64,000 bases of DNA, taken from positions 1,583 through 65,582 of the forward strand of contig JADGCV010000007.1 of assembly GCA_015228815.1 (NCBI GenBank), written 5' to 3'. Every line of letters starts with the position of its first letter. Position 1 is the stretch's first letter. The translations under genes were made by a program, and so were the position numbers. Of the stretch, positions 1 through 8,514 are shown one piece after another. The DNA comes from Magnetococcales bacterium (lineage in GTDB: Bacteria; Pseudomonadota; Magnetococcia; Magnetococcales; UBA8363). The notes beneath the pieces are model-generated. The model was not told the origin of the DNA. It saw only the letters and a list, made by a program, of their open reading frames with translations, and ran no database searches.

Positions 1-513
1 GGGATCGTTGGAATGGACCGAAGCCCGAAGGGCGATGACGCTCGTGGGCAGAAGTGTGACCGAGGATGTGTTGATCGCCAGAAACAGGGCCATGGCGTTG
101 CTGGCGGTTCCCTTGTGGGGATTGAGGCGATCCAGTTCATTCATGGCGCGGATGCCGAAGGGGGTGGCGGCGTTGCCAAGTCCCAGGGCATTGGCCGACA
201 TGTTCATGATCATGGCCCCCATGGCGGGATGCTCGGGGGGAACGTCGGGGAAAAGGCGTACCATCAAGGGACGGATCAGCCGGGCCAGGAGGATCAACAC
301 CCCCCCTTTTTCCGCCACCTTCATCAGGCCAAGGAACAGCGCCATCACGCCGACAAGTCCCAACGCCAGCGTGACCGAAGAGGCGGCGGTATCGACCATG
401 GCACTCGTCAGGAGTTCCATGGGGGCCTTGCCGTTTCCTTCGACCCACTGCCATTGTCGCACGGCGGCGGTGGCAAAGGCGACGAAAACCAGAAGGGCAA
501 AAAGGGTATTCAT
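1..513 (-). CDS. Nucleoside-recognition (Gate) domain membrane protein, SpmA-like. Only the N-terminal 171 codons are present; the gene runs off the left edge.
   Basis: Absent from the ORF track because there is no stop in the window. Reverse-strand reading from ATG (513-511) gives MNTLFALLVFVAFATAAVRQW...GLMKVAEKGGVLILLARLIRPLM...MNMSANALGLGNAATPFGIRAM..., open to position 1 in frame. The protein is hydrophobic. The family call is from memory. Confidence 0.55.
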   Translation of the reverse strand, partial: MNTLFALLVFVAFATAAVRQWQWVEGNGKAPMELLTSAMVDTAASSVTLALGLVGVMALFLGLMKVAEKGGVLILLARLIRPLMVRLFPDVPPEHPAMGAMIMNMSANALGLGNAATPFGIRAMNELDRLNPHKGTASNAMALFLAINTSSVTLLPTSVIALRASVHSNDP

Positions 514-742
514 GAACCAGGGGCGCCGCTTCCAGTGACGTTACGGTTTCTCTTTATGGGGGCGGTGAAGACTTCGAAGGTGGTTTCTTCGCGGCATCCT
601 GATCGTCATCGGTGATATAAAAAACATCAAAAGAAAAAGGGATCTCAGGGCAATCCTCCGGCATTCCCGCGAAGGGGAGAACTCTTTTTTTTCAATAATT
701 TATCGGTTCGAGACATCAAGGAATACGAGCGCGACAGAAAAA

Positions 743-829
743 TGGTGCCGGGAGAGGGAATCGAACCCACACGGGGTTACCCCCGCCAGATTTTGAGTCT
801 GGTGCGTCTACCAGTTCCGCCATCTCGGC
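743..829 (-). tRNA. tRNA-Leu (anticodon CAA), 87 nt, long variable arm, encoded CCA
   Basis: The reverse complement reads GCCGAGATGGCGGAACTGGTAGACGCACCAGACTCAAAATCTGG(CGGGGGTAACCCCG)TGTGGGTTCGATTCCCTCTCCCGGCACCA. It has a Leu-type D-arm, the anticodon loop CTCAAAA and a TTCGATT T-loop. There is one A-C mismatch in the acceptor stem and one T-T mismatch in the T-stem. Confidence 0.85.
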
Positions 830-1001
830 ATTGGATGCAGACTAGCAAAATTGAATCCACGTGTCAATAAATTTTGGAAGCAGATGGAAAAAGGCAATCT
901 ACTGTTCAGAGGAAGGATGATTTCCGCCATGAAGGGGAGGTGATGGCCCACCATGAAACCGATTCAGCCATTATATGCGAAGATTGCCCCGGAAATCGAC
1001 C

Positions 1002-3155
1002 TTAATGAGACACCTTCTCCATGTAGTTTTTCCAGATGACCGCCGGCAGGCTGCCACCGGTGACATCGTCCATGGGGGTGCTGTCATCGTTGCCCAACCA
1101 GACCGCCGTGGTCCGTTCGCCGGTGAATCCGACAAACCAGGCATCCCGGAAATTTTGACTGGTGCCGGTTTTGCCATGAATCGAACCCTTGCCAAAGGCT
1201 GCTTTGCGTCCGGTTCCGGAACGGACCACCCTGGCCAGAAGGTCCCGGATCCGGGCCAAAGGTTCCGGATCGACGAGGCGTTTGGCCGGAGGGGCCTGAC
1301 GCCAGTACAGAAGTTCTCCCTGCATGTCCAAAATGCCATGAATGGCGTAGGGGGTGACCTTGTATCCATCATTGGCCAGGATTCCGTACAAGGTTGCCAG
1401 TTCGAGCATCGTCATTTCCCCCGTTCCCAGGGCCAGGGTATAATTGGCTGGCATCTGCCGTTCCAGTCCAAGTTGACGCAACCGGCCCATGTAGGTTTCA
1501 AGTCCCAATTGTTGCAGAACCTGGACCGCGACCGTGTTGCGCGACAGGATGAACGCCTGTTCCAGGGAAATCTCTCCCAGATATTCGTTGTCGATGTTGT
1601 TGGGCATCCATTCGTCGATCTCCACCGGGGAATCGTCCAGAACCGTCTCCCGCGTCATCCCTTTTTCCAGGGCAGTCAGGTAAAGAAACGTCTTCAGGGC
1701 CGATCCCGGCGACCGGACCGCCTGGGTGCAACGGTTCAACTGACTTTCCGAAAAATCGACCCCGCCCTGCATGGCCAATACCGCGCCGTCCCGTGCCAGG
1801 GTAAGGATGGCCCCCTCATGCACCTGCCTGGATCGTGCCTTGCGCAACTGCCCCATCAAGGCGGCGTGGGCCTCGTCCTGGAGGATGGGGTCGAGGGTCG
1901 TCATCACCCGGAAACGCCCCTCTTTGTGTCCCAGAATCCGGTCGAGTTCGGGGATGATCCAATCCCTGAGATACTGGTGTTGAATCGGTTGCCAGGTCAA
2001 ACCACCCTTCTTGACCCCTCCATCCCGCGCCGTTGCCAATGCCTTGTCGTCGATGTATCCGAGTTGTTTCATCTTTTCCAGGACCAGACGTCCCCGGGCG
2101 CGGCTTCTCTCGGGAAATCTTTGCGGATGATAATGATTGGGTCCCTTCACCGATCCTGCCAGAAGCGCCGCTTCCATCAGGTTCAGTTCGTAAGCGTGCT
2201 TGGAAAAATAATTTTGCGCCGCCGCCTCGATGCCGTAAACCGTGTCGCCAAAATAGGCATTATTGAGATACATCTGTAAAATTTCATTCTTTGAAAAATA
2301 ATGTTCCAACTTCAGGGACAATACCGATTCCCGAATCTTGCGGTAGAGGCTGCGCGACGGATTGAAAAACAAATTTTTGACCGTCTGCTGACTGATGGTG
2401 CTCCCGCCTCCCAGACGTCGTCCCTGAATGACCGAACGAAACAGGCTGGAAAATATACCCAGAGGATCCAATCCGCCGTGCGTGAAAAACCGCTGATCCT
2501 CGATGGCAACGAAGGCCTGCCAGACATGGGGCGGGAGACGGTCGAGAGGGATGGGCACCGTATTGACCACCGCGACCTCTTCGATGTTTCCCTGCTCCTT
2601 CTTCACGATCAACTGCAAGGAGCGACTGGTCACCTCGATCTGTTCCCGGTCGGGAAGACGTGCCCAGAGTTCCACAAAGGCCCGATGCCCCGACAGCGTC
2701 AGGAGGGTCAGCAAAATCAGCGTGAGCAGCGTCACCAGACATCCCAAAAGCCACGACCTCTTGGAAGATCTCTGAGTCGTCTGGGGCATCGCGAGGGAAT
2801 CGGAAGGGGGGAGTGGTCGTGAATCGCTGGTGGTTCGGAGAAGGGCCTCCTCCTTTTGCCATTGGGCAGGTCTGAGTTTCCACGCCGCGTCAATCCGATC
2901 GATGCGTGCGAGAAGCCCTTTGAGTTCATCGCGGATGAGGGCGATTTCATCATGATCCGCCTGCCGCCACTGCGACAACAGCTGTTCCATGGCCTCGATC
3001 CGTTCGCCGACGTCCCGAGCCATTGGGGCGGAAAGGGGACCATCCCCGGAAGGGGATGGTCCGTCGGTTTTTGGACCGATGTCGCGACACTCATCCATCG
3101 AAACGGGGGAAATCAGGAAAAACATTAAAAAAAAGAGCCTGCGGCCCAGCCGCAA
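1002..3155 (-). CDS. Class A penicillin-binding protein (bifunctional glycosyltransferase/transpeptidase, PBP1A family)
   Basis: GT51 motifs EDQRFFTHGG, GGSTISQQ and RKIRE. Transpeptidase motifs SPGSALK (SxxK), SRN and KTGTS. TM helix WLLGCLVTLLTLILLTLLTL. The start is uncertain: alternative ATGs at 3023 and 2789 (MPQTTQRSSKRSWLLG...) would remove a 122-aa N-terminal extension. Confidence 0.9.
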   Translation of the reverse strand: MRLGRRLFFLMFFLISPVSMDECRDIGPKTDGPSPSGDGPLSAPMARDVGERIEAMEQLLSQWRQADHDEIALIRDELKGLLARIDRIDAAWKLRPAQWQKEEALLRTTSDSRPLPPSDSLAMPQTTQRSSKRSWLLGCLVTLLTLILLTLLTLSGHRAFVELWARLPDREQIEVTSRSLQLIVKKEQGNIEEVAVVNTVPIPLDRLPPHVWQAFVAIEDQRFFTHGGLDPLGIFSSLFRSVIQGRRLGGGSTISQQTVKNLFFNPSRSLYRKIRESVLSLKLEHYFSKNEILQMYLNNAYFGDTVYGIEAAAQNYFSKHAYELNLMEAALLAGSVKGPNHYHPQRFPERSRARGRLVLEKMKQLGYIDDKALATARDGGVKKGGLTWQPIQHQYLRDWIIPELDRILGHKEGRFRVMTTLDPILQDEAHAALMGQLRKARSRQVHEGAILTLARDGAVLAMQGGVDFSESQLNRCTQAVRSPGSALKTFLYLTALEKGMTRETVLDDSPVEIDEWMPNNIDNEYLGEISLEQAFILSRNTVAVQVLQQLGLETYMGRLRQLGLERQMPANYTLALGTGEMTMLELATLYGILANDGYKVTPYAIHGILDMQGELLYWRQAPPAKRLVDPEPLARIRDLLARVVRSGTGRKAAFGKGSIHGKTGTSQNFRDAWFVGFTGERTTAVWLGNDDSTPMDDVTGGSLPAVIWKNYMEKVSH

Positions 3156-3200
3156 GCTCCATGGTACATCTCTTCATTTTTTGTCGTTCAAACCATCCAC

Positions 3201-3971
3201 TCAACGGATGGAATCGAACTCGCGGGCCGTGGGGCCTTCGTTGGCGTGAAGTTCACGGACCAGATGAATTTCGACACGACGATTCTTGCCTTGACCGGCG
3301 GCATACTGATTGTAGTGACGCGGACGTTGCTCGCCATGGCTGGTGACCACAATCTGTTTGGGATCCACCTTGAATTTCCCAACCAGGATTTTCTTGGCGG
3401 CGGCGGCCCTTCTGTCACCCAGCGACGCATTGTAGGAGCTGGTGGCACGGGAATCGGCGTGGCCTTGGATTTCAATGCGGGTGCCACGATTGGCTTTCAA
3501 TTCCTTGGCGACCTCTTCGAGTTTCTTGATGTCTTCCTTGGCAACGCTGGAGCTGTTGGTCTTGAAGAACAAAACCGCCTTGGCGGGCGAAGAGCAGCCG
3601 TCGCTGTTCACCCGGTCACCCCAGGGGGTTTCCGTGGGGCATTTGTCCATCGCATCGACCACCCCGTCGATGTCGGCATCGATGCGGCAGCCACGGGTAT
3701 CCACCTTGATTCCCGGAGGGGTGTACCGGCAATCGTCACGATGGTCGGCAATGCCGTCCATGTCGCCGTCGGTATCACAGCCCATGAAGTTGACCGTGGC
3801 CAAGGGTGAAGTCCCCGGACAATGATCGACGGCATCGCCGATCCGGTCACCATCGGCATCGTGACCCATGGCCATATGATGGCCCAGATGCCCGTCGATC
3901 ATGGCCATGTGTGCATATGCCGGGGCGCTGATGAAGATCGCAAGCGCTCCGCCTAACAGAGCTTTTTTCAT
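3201..3971 (-). CDS. OmpA-family protein with thrombospondin-type-3-like Asp-rich (Ca-binding) repeats and an OmpA C-terminal peptidoglycan-binding domain
   Basis: Start moved to MKKALLGGALAIFISAPAYA (signal peptide; GGAGAGG Shine-Dalgarno upstream). Repeats DADGDRIGDAVDHCP, DTDGDMDGIADHRDDC and DADIDGVVDAMDKCP. OmpA_C motif GHADSRATSSYNASLGDRRA. Confidence 0.85.
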   Translation of the reverse strand: MKKALLGGALAIFISAPAYAHMAMIDGHLGHHMAMGHDADGDRIGDAVDHCPGTSPLATVNFMGCDTDGDMDGIADHRDDCRYTPPGIKVDTRGCRIDADIDGVVDAMDKCPTETPWGDRVNSDGCSSPAKAVLFFKTNSSSVAKEDIKKLEEVAKELKANRGTRIEIQGHADSRATSSYNASLGDRRAAAAKKILVGKFKVDPKQIVVTSHGEQRPRHYNQYAAGQGKNRRVEIHLVRELHANEGPTAREFDSIR

Positions 3972-4173
3972 ATTTTTCAATTTACCTCTCCCTACTCTCC
4001 GAGATTCCCTTGGCCGGCCCCCATGGTGCCGGTTCGGGAATCTTATTAGACCGGGTTGTATCAATACAAGGAAATGTCTTTCCTCAACCTTCGATTCCTT
4101 TCCCGGATGCCGCCTGCCGGTCGAGATGCACGAACGGCAGGCGTTGCACCAGGTCAGGGACAAAAAGGCAAGA

Positions 4174-5739
4174 TCACTTCGCGCTTGCCGTCACGCAGGC
4201 GGTCCCGCCCAACTGGCCGGGAAAGGTTTTGCTCAAACGATCGCGCACGTTCGTCGCTTCCTCGATATTGGCGAAGGGTCCGACACGAACCTGGGTCGCG
4301 ACCTTTCCTTCGTTGAGGGAAACTTCGCGCATCAAAACGTTGAGGACATCCGCCTTTTCCAACTGCTCCTTGGCGATCAGGGTATTGGCCTCGTTGGCAT
4401 AGACGCCGACGTGAACGAAACAGGGACCGTTACCACTCTGGGATGCCTGGACCTCTTCCTTTACCGGGGTCTCGATGGCCGATTGAGCCGGAGCGGCAGC
4501 CGCCTTGGGGGCTTCGGGAGGCGTCACCTTGGCGCTTTTGCCACCCTTGGGTTCGGAAGTCACGGGACGCTGCTTTTGCATCGGTACCACGGGGCAGGAG
4601 CTCTTGTCGATGGCGCACATCATGTCGGCAAGATACACGTTGCCCTGGTGGTCGAACCCTTCAAGGAACCCGGGATTGAAAAATTTCTTCATGTCGTCGG
4701 GGGCTTCGATGGCCAGCGCCAGGTTGCGCAGATAATCCAGCCCGTCGTTGCGGCTCATCAGGCCGTGATAAAGCTTTTTGCCCAGGGTGAGGCCCGCCTC
4801 GTGGAGGGCGCGGCGATAGAACCGCATGTACAGTTCCTCGCCGGTGAACACGCGGAAGCCCAGGTCGTCGGCATCCTTGGCAAACAACGGATGGTTGGCG
4901 TAGATGAGACCGGGGATCTCCATGTCGCCCAATTCATCCTTGCGATTGTACACCAGCTCGACGCTTTCCATCGACGGGGTGCTGCAATTGACCTTGCTCG
5001 TCAGGCTGTCTTCCGGTTTGGTCGGCTTCTTGGAAACGCCCATTTCCTTGAGCTTGTTGAACACATCCACCATCGTGGTGTTGTAATGGCAGACAAATCC
5101 AACCTTGAAGGCCTGCCGGTCGGCGGGGGACCCCACGGTCAGGAGTTCATTGAAATATTCAAGCTGCAACAAGGCGTGATCATTGATCTCCTTGGCAAAA
5201 TTGACAAACCGGCCATTGTGCTCGGTCGATTTGGGAATGTTGGTCTTGAAGAATTCGAGGGGCCATTGAGCAAAATCTTCGCCCACTTCGGAGCCAATGT
5301 CGTGGGCCGCCTTGGCAATGTGTTGGCCAAGAACCTTCTCCGCATCCATCCGATCGAAGGAAGTCGTGAAGCAGGAGTTGAACTTCTGCTTCAGTTCGGG
5401 CGTCACGCCGAAATAAAACCGACCGATGGGAGAACGAAGATTGGCGCTCGGGGATTCGCCCGTCCGCAGAAAGGAGGCGAATTCCTGGTCGAACTGTTTC
5501 TCGCCATAAAGCGCTCCCTGCATGTCGCGCAGACGTCCGCCCCATACTTCACCGGCCTTGCAATAGGAGCCGGTGTCCTGTTTGATGAGAAAAGCCGTGT
5601 CCATCTTGGTGGCGACGATGGTGTCCACAACCGGATCGACCGTCCCTTGGACGTCATACGGAGGGGGTGCGCACGCTGCAAGAACAAACAATGGCAGCGC
5701 GGCCATTTTCTTGAGTACCGATTTCACTGGTCGTTTCAT
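4174..5739 (-). CDS. Lipoprotein with a C-terminal SPOR (septal peptidoglycan-binding) domain and a large unassigned central region
   Basis: Start at MKRPVKSVLKKMAALPLFVLAAC (lipobox LAAC; GGAGAG Shine-Dalgarno upstream). The C-terminus CFVHVGVYANEANTLIAKEQLEKADV...VRVGPFANIEEATNVRDRL is SPOR-like. A Pro/Ala/Lys linker precedes it. Confidence 0.7.
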   Translation of the reverse strand: MKRPVKSVLKKMAALPLFVLAACAPPPYDVQGTVDPVVDTIVATKMDTAFLIKQDTGSYCKAGEVWGGRLRDMQGALYGEKQFDQEFASFLRTGESPSANLRSPIGRFYFGVTPELKQKFNSCFTTSFDRMDAEKVLGQHIAKAAHDIGSEVGEDFAQWPLEFFKTNIPKSTEHNGRFVNFAKEINDHALLQLEYFNELLTVGSPADRQAFKVGFVCHYNTTMVDVFNKLKEMGVSKKPTKPEDSLTSKVNCSTPSMESVELVYNRKDELGDMEIPGLIYANHPLFAKDADDLGFRVFTGEELYMRFYRRALHEAGLTLGKKLYHGLMSRNDGLDYLRNLALAIEAPDDMKKFFNPGFLEGFDHQGNVYLADMMCAIDKSSCPVVPMQKQRPVTSEPKGGKSAKVTPPEAPKAAAAPAQSAIETPVKEEVQASQSGNGPCFVHVGVYANEANTLIAKEQLEKADVLNVLMREVSLNEGKVATQVRVGPFANIEEATNVRDRLSKTFPGQLGGTACVTASAK

Positions 5740-6755
5740 ACTTCTCTCCCGTTTGTAGAATGATCTACTGCCTGTGTGCGTTTGTAATCCCCCGAAGGGG
5801 CGGCCCTGCCATTGATTCGTTCCTCCGCCAATATTGATGCAGATCGAATCGTTTTCAATAAAATCAGTCCAAGAAACAACTCCAAAATCCTTCCAATAGC
5901 GGCCTCTACACTTAAGCTGCAGTGATGATCGCAATTATTGGAAGCGTTTGCAATTCCATCAGGTACGCGCTCATTGCATGGCGCGAAACATCCGTAAATA
6001 TTGAAAAGAAATACACACCCTAATGGCCAATGGCATCCCGTATCATTACGACCGCTTTGTCAAAACGACATCCCTCGTCCTGGTGAATAAATACTCAAAA
6101 AAGACGGGAGATGTAAATGAAAAATACTTGCTTCGGGTCAAATTTTTTTCTAATTTTCAATAACTAATTCACCTGCATCCACCCGATGCGCATACTCAAA
6201 CAGGTTCACGATTCCCTGTCAAGGAGGAAATGTTTCCTTTGTGATTCTCCGAATAGAAGGTGAACGTTTGTGGCTTGTTATTTTCAATAATCATCATCTG
6301 GATTTCAATAACTCCCGCTTCGGTTTTCATACGGATTGCAACCATTTTCTTTATCCATGAAAAATCAAGAAGAGCATCTTTGCCAGAATGCCCCACATGC
6401 TGTACCGGGATATTTTCGGTTTGAAATCCGTCAGGCATGACAAGATTTTTTTCTTTTGACAGCCTTTCATTAATGATGCGATGAAGATGTGACCACAATT
6501 TGCAAATGATGTGCAGCATTTGAAAAATCATTCATATGCGTTAAAAAAAAACACAAATAAAATGATAAGAAATAAAGCGTCGATGGTGCATGATCGCTGT
6601 TTCTTTCTTTTTAATGATACGATAAAATGCCCGTGGAGGCTTGTCCAAAAGTGGTGGACAACAGTGCATCCATGACTGTCATTCCAGAATTTTTTGGCCA
6701 AGAAATGAATATCGTCGTCCATGAACAAAATTTCATGGACATTGAGGAGAAAAAA

Positions 6756-8387
6756 ATGAATTTCTTTTTCAATGTTGGATTTTCAAAAAAAATAATAGGA
6801 TCTTTTGCCTTGGTCTACTTGGCCTCGGTGGCCATGATCGGCATCATCCTGTTCAATCGGATCGTCGAAGATTATCGTCACGAAAAACTGCTCGCTTCCC
6901 AGATCATTCTTTCCCAGGGGGATGCCATTCGCCGTTCCATGGGGGAGGCCTGGAACAAAAAACATTTCAAGGATGAGTTATGGACGAGCGCGGAAATCTG
7001 CCGCAAGGAGACCACCCCGCAAAGCCGTCTGGAGTGCGCGAGAAAAACCAACCTTCACGCCATGATCCCGGTGATCGCCATGTTGCGGTCGAGTGAAGTC
7101 GCCGCCAAATCGAGCGGATTCACCATTCGCGCCGCCAAACGGACCCGACCGCGGGATCCCGATGCCCAGGCGACTCCGGCGGAACTCCGCATCATGGACC
7201 AGATGAAGGAGACTGGCAAAAGTGAACTTTCCATGGAGGATCCAGGCGCCGGGTTGTTCATCGTCGCCAAGGAGATCAAGGCGGAACAGGGGTGTCTTGT
7301 CTGTCATGGCAATGCCGGCACCAATCCCAATGGCGATGACAAGGATGTATTCGGTTTCGATCTGGAAAACTGGAAGATCGGTGACCAGGTTGGGGTCCTG
7401 ACCTTGAGCGTTTCCCTGGATGAACTCGATCAGGCCAAGCGTGAGGCGATCATGAAGGTGTTGGGGTTGATTCTGGCCTCCCTGCTGGTCGGAGGCGGCA
7501 TCTTCGCCACCATCATCACCCGATATGTACAGACCCCTGTCGAACAGATTTCGCAGGGGCTCAAGCGGTTTTCCAGCGGTGATCTGACCGCGAGGGTCCA
7601 GGTTTTCGCCAGAGACGAGGTGGGGCAGGCGGGTGCGGCGTTGAACCAGGCCGCCGAGAATCTGTCGGGGATCATCGGCAGGGTGCTTGATTCTTCCACG
7701 AAGGTTGCCAGCGGCAGCGAGCAGCTTTCGGCAAGTTCGGGACAGATCGCCCAGGGGGCGACACGGCAGGCGGCGAGCATCGAACAAACCAGTTCCGCCA
7801 TGGAACAGATGACGTCCAACATTGCCCAGAATACCGAAAATGCCTCCCAGACCGAAGCCATCGCCAGCAAGGCGGCGAAAGATGCCAGGGAGAGCGGCGA
7901 GGCGGTTTCCCAGGCGGTAAAGGCGATGAAGGAGATCGCCGGAAAAATCAATATTATCGAAGAAATTGCGCGCCAGACCAATCTGTTGGCTCTGAATGCC
8001 GCCATCGAGGCGGCACGTGCCGGCGAGCACGGTAAAGGTTTTGCCGTCGTGGCGGCCGAGGTGCGCAAACTGGCGGAACGGAGCCAGGGGGCGGCGGGGG
8101 AAATCACCCAACTGTCCAACTCCAGTGTCCTCGTCGCCGAAACCGCGGGAGAACTTCTGAGCCGACTGGTTCCCGACATCGAGAAGACCGCCGAATTGGT
8201 CAATGAAATCTCGGCCAGTTCACGGGAACAGAATCAGGGGGCGGAACAGATCAACAAGGCAATTCAGGAACTCGATCAGGTCATCCAGCAGAACGCCGGG
8301 GCTTCCGAGGAGATGAGCGCCACAGCCAACGAACTTTCCGGACAATCCAACGAACTGATGGAATCGGTTTCCTTCTTCAAGGTTTGA
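6756..8387 (+). CDS. Methyl-accepting chemotaxis protein with a periplasmic haem-c (CxxCH) sensor domain, a HAMP domain and an MCP signalling domain
   Basis: Start at [12 protein letters not shown] with GAGGAGA 6 nt upstream. Two TM helices flank a ~250-aa periplasmic domain containing CLVCH (7293-7307). HAMP: [21 protein letters not shown]. Signalling hairpin: [41 protein letters not shown]. Confidence 0.9.
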   Translation: MNFFFNVGFSKKIIGSFALVYLASVAMIGIILFNRIVEDYRHEKLLASQIILSQGDAIRRSMGEAWNKKHFKDELWTSAEICRKETTPQSRLECARKTNLHAMIPVIAMLRSSEVAAKSSGFTIRAAKRTRPRDPDAQATPAELRIMDQMKETGKSELSMEDPGAGLFIVAKEIKAEQGCLVCHGNAGTNPNGDDKDVFGFDLENWKIGDQVGVLTLSVSLDELDQAKREAIMKVLGLILASLLVGGGIFATIITRYVQTPVEQISQGLKRFSSGDLTARVQVFARDEVGQAGAALNQAAENLSGIIGRVLDSSTKVASGSEQLSASSGQIAQGATRQAASIEQTSSAMEQMTSNIAQNTENASQTEAIASKAAKDARESGEAVSQAVKAMKEIAGKINIIEEIARQTNLLALNAAIEAARAGEHGKGFAVVAAEVRKLAERSQGAAGEITQLSNSSVLVAETAGELLSRLVPDIEKTAELVNEISASSREQNQGAEQINKAIQELDQVIQQNAGASEEMSATANELSGQSNELMESVSFFKV

Positions 8388-8413
8388 TGTTCCAGGACGA
8401 TTGCATCTCCGGT

Positions 8414-8435
8414 CCAGGGGGATCATTCCCCCTGG
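8414..8435 (+). terminator. Candidate hairpin between convergent genes (CCAGGGGGA-tcat-TCCCCCTGG)
   Basis: 9-bp GC-rich stem 27 nt after the MCP stop. No T-tract follows, so it is only a candidate. Confidence 0.3.
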
Positions 8436-8514
8436 CGGGGGTTCGGGGCCAAGTCCCGGAAGACCGGCAGGCAGTCCACGATGTGTACCGGCGCGTCGCG
8501 AACGACCCTCCGCT

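Noticed and set aside
975-2279. 434-aa plus-strand ORF
   Set aside because: It is antisense to the PBP gene, which has unambiguous GT51 and transpeptidase motifs. The ORF is Arg/Gly/Pro/Gln-biased with no motifs, a typical high-GC shadow ORF.
3901-5763. 620-aa plus-strand ORF
   Set aside because: It is antisense to the SPOR lipoprotein gene and part of the OmpA-like gene. It is low-complexity and Gly/Arg/Leu-rich, with no recognisable domain.
6978-8203. 377-aa and 257-aa minus-strand ORFs
   Set aside because: They are antisense to the MCP signalling domain, whose conserved hairpin motif fixes the plus-strand frame.
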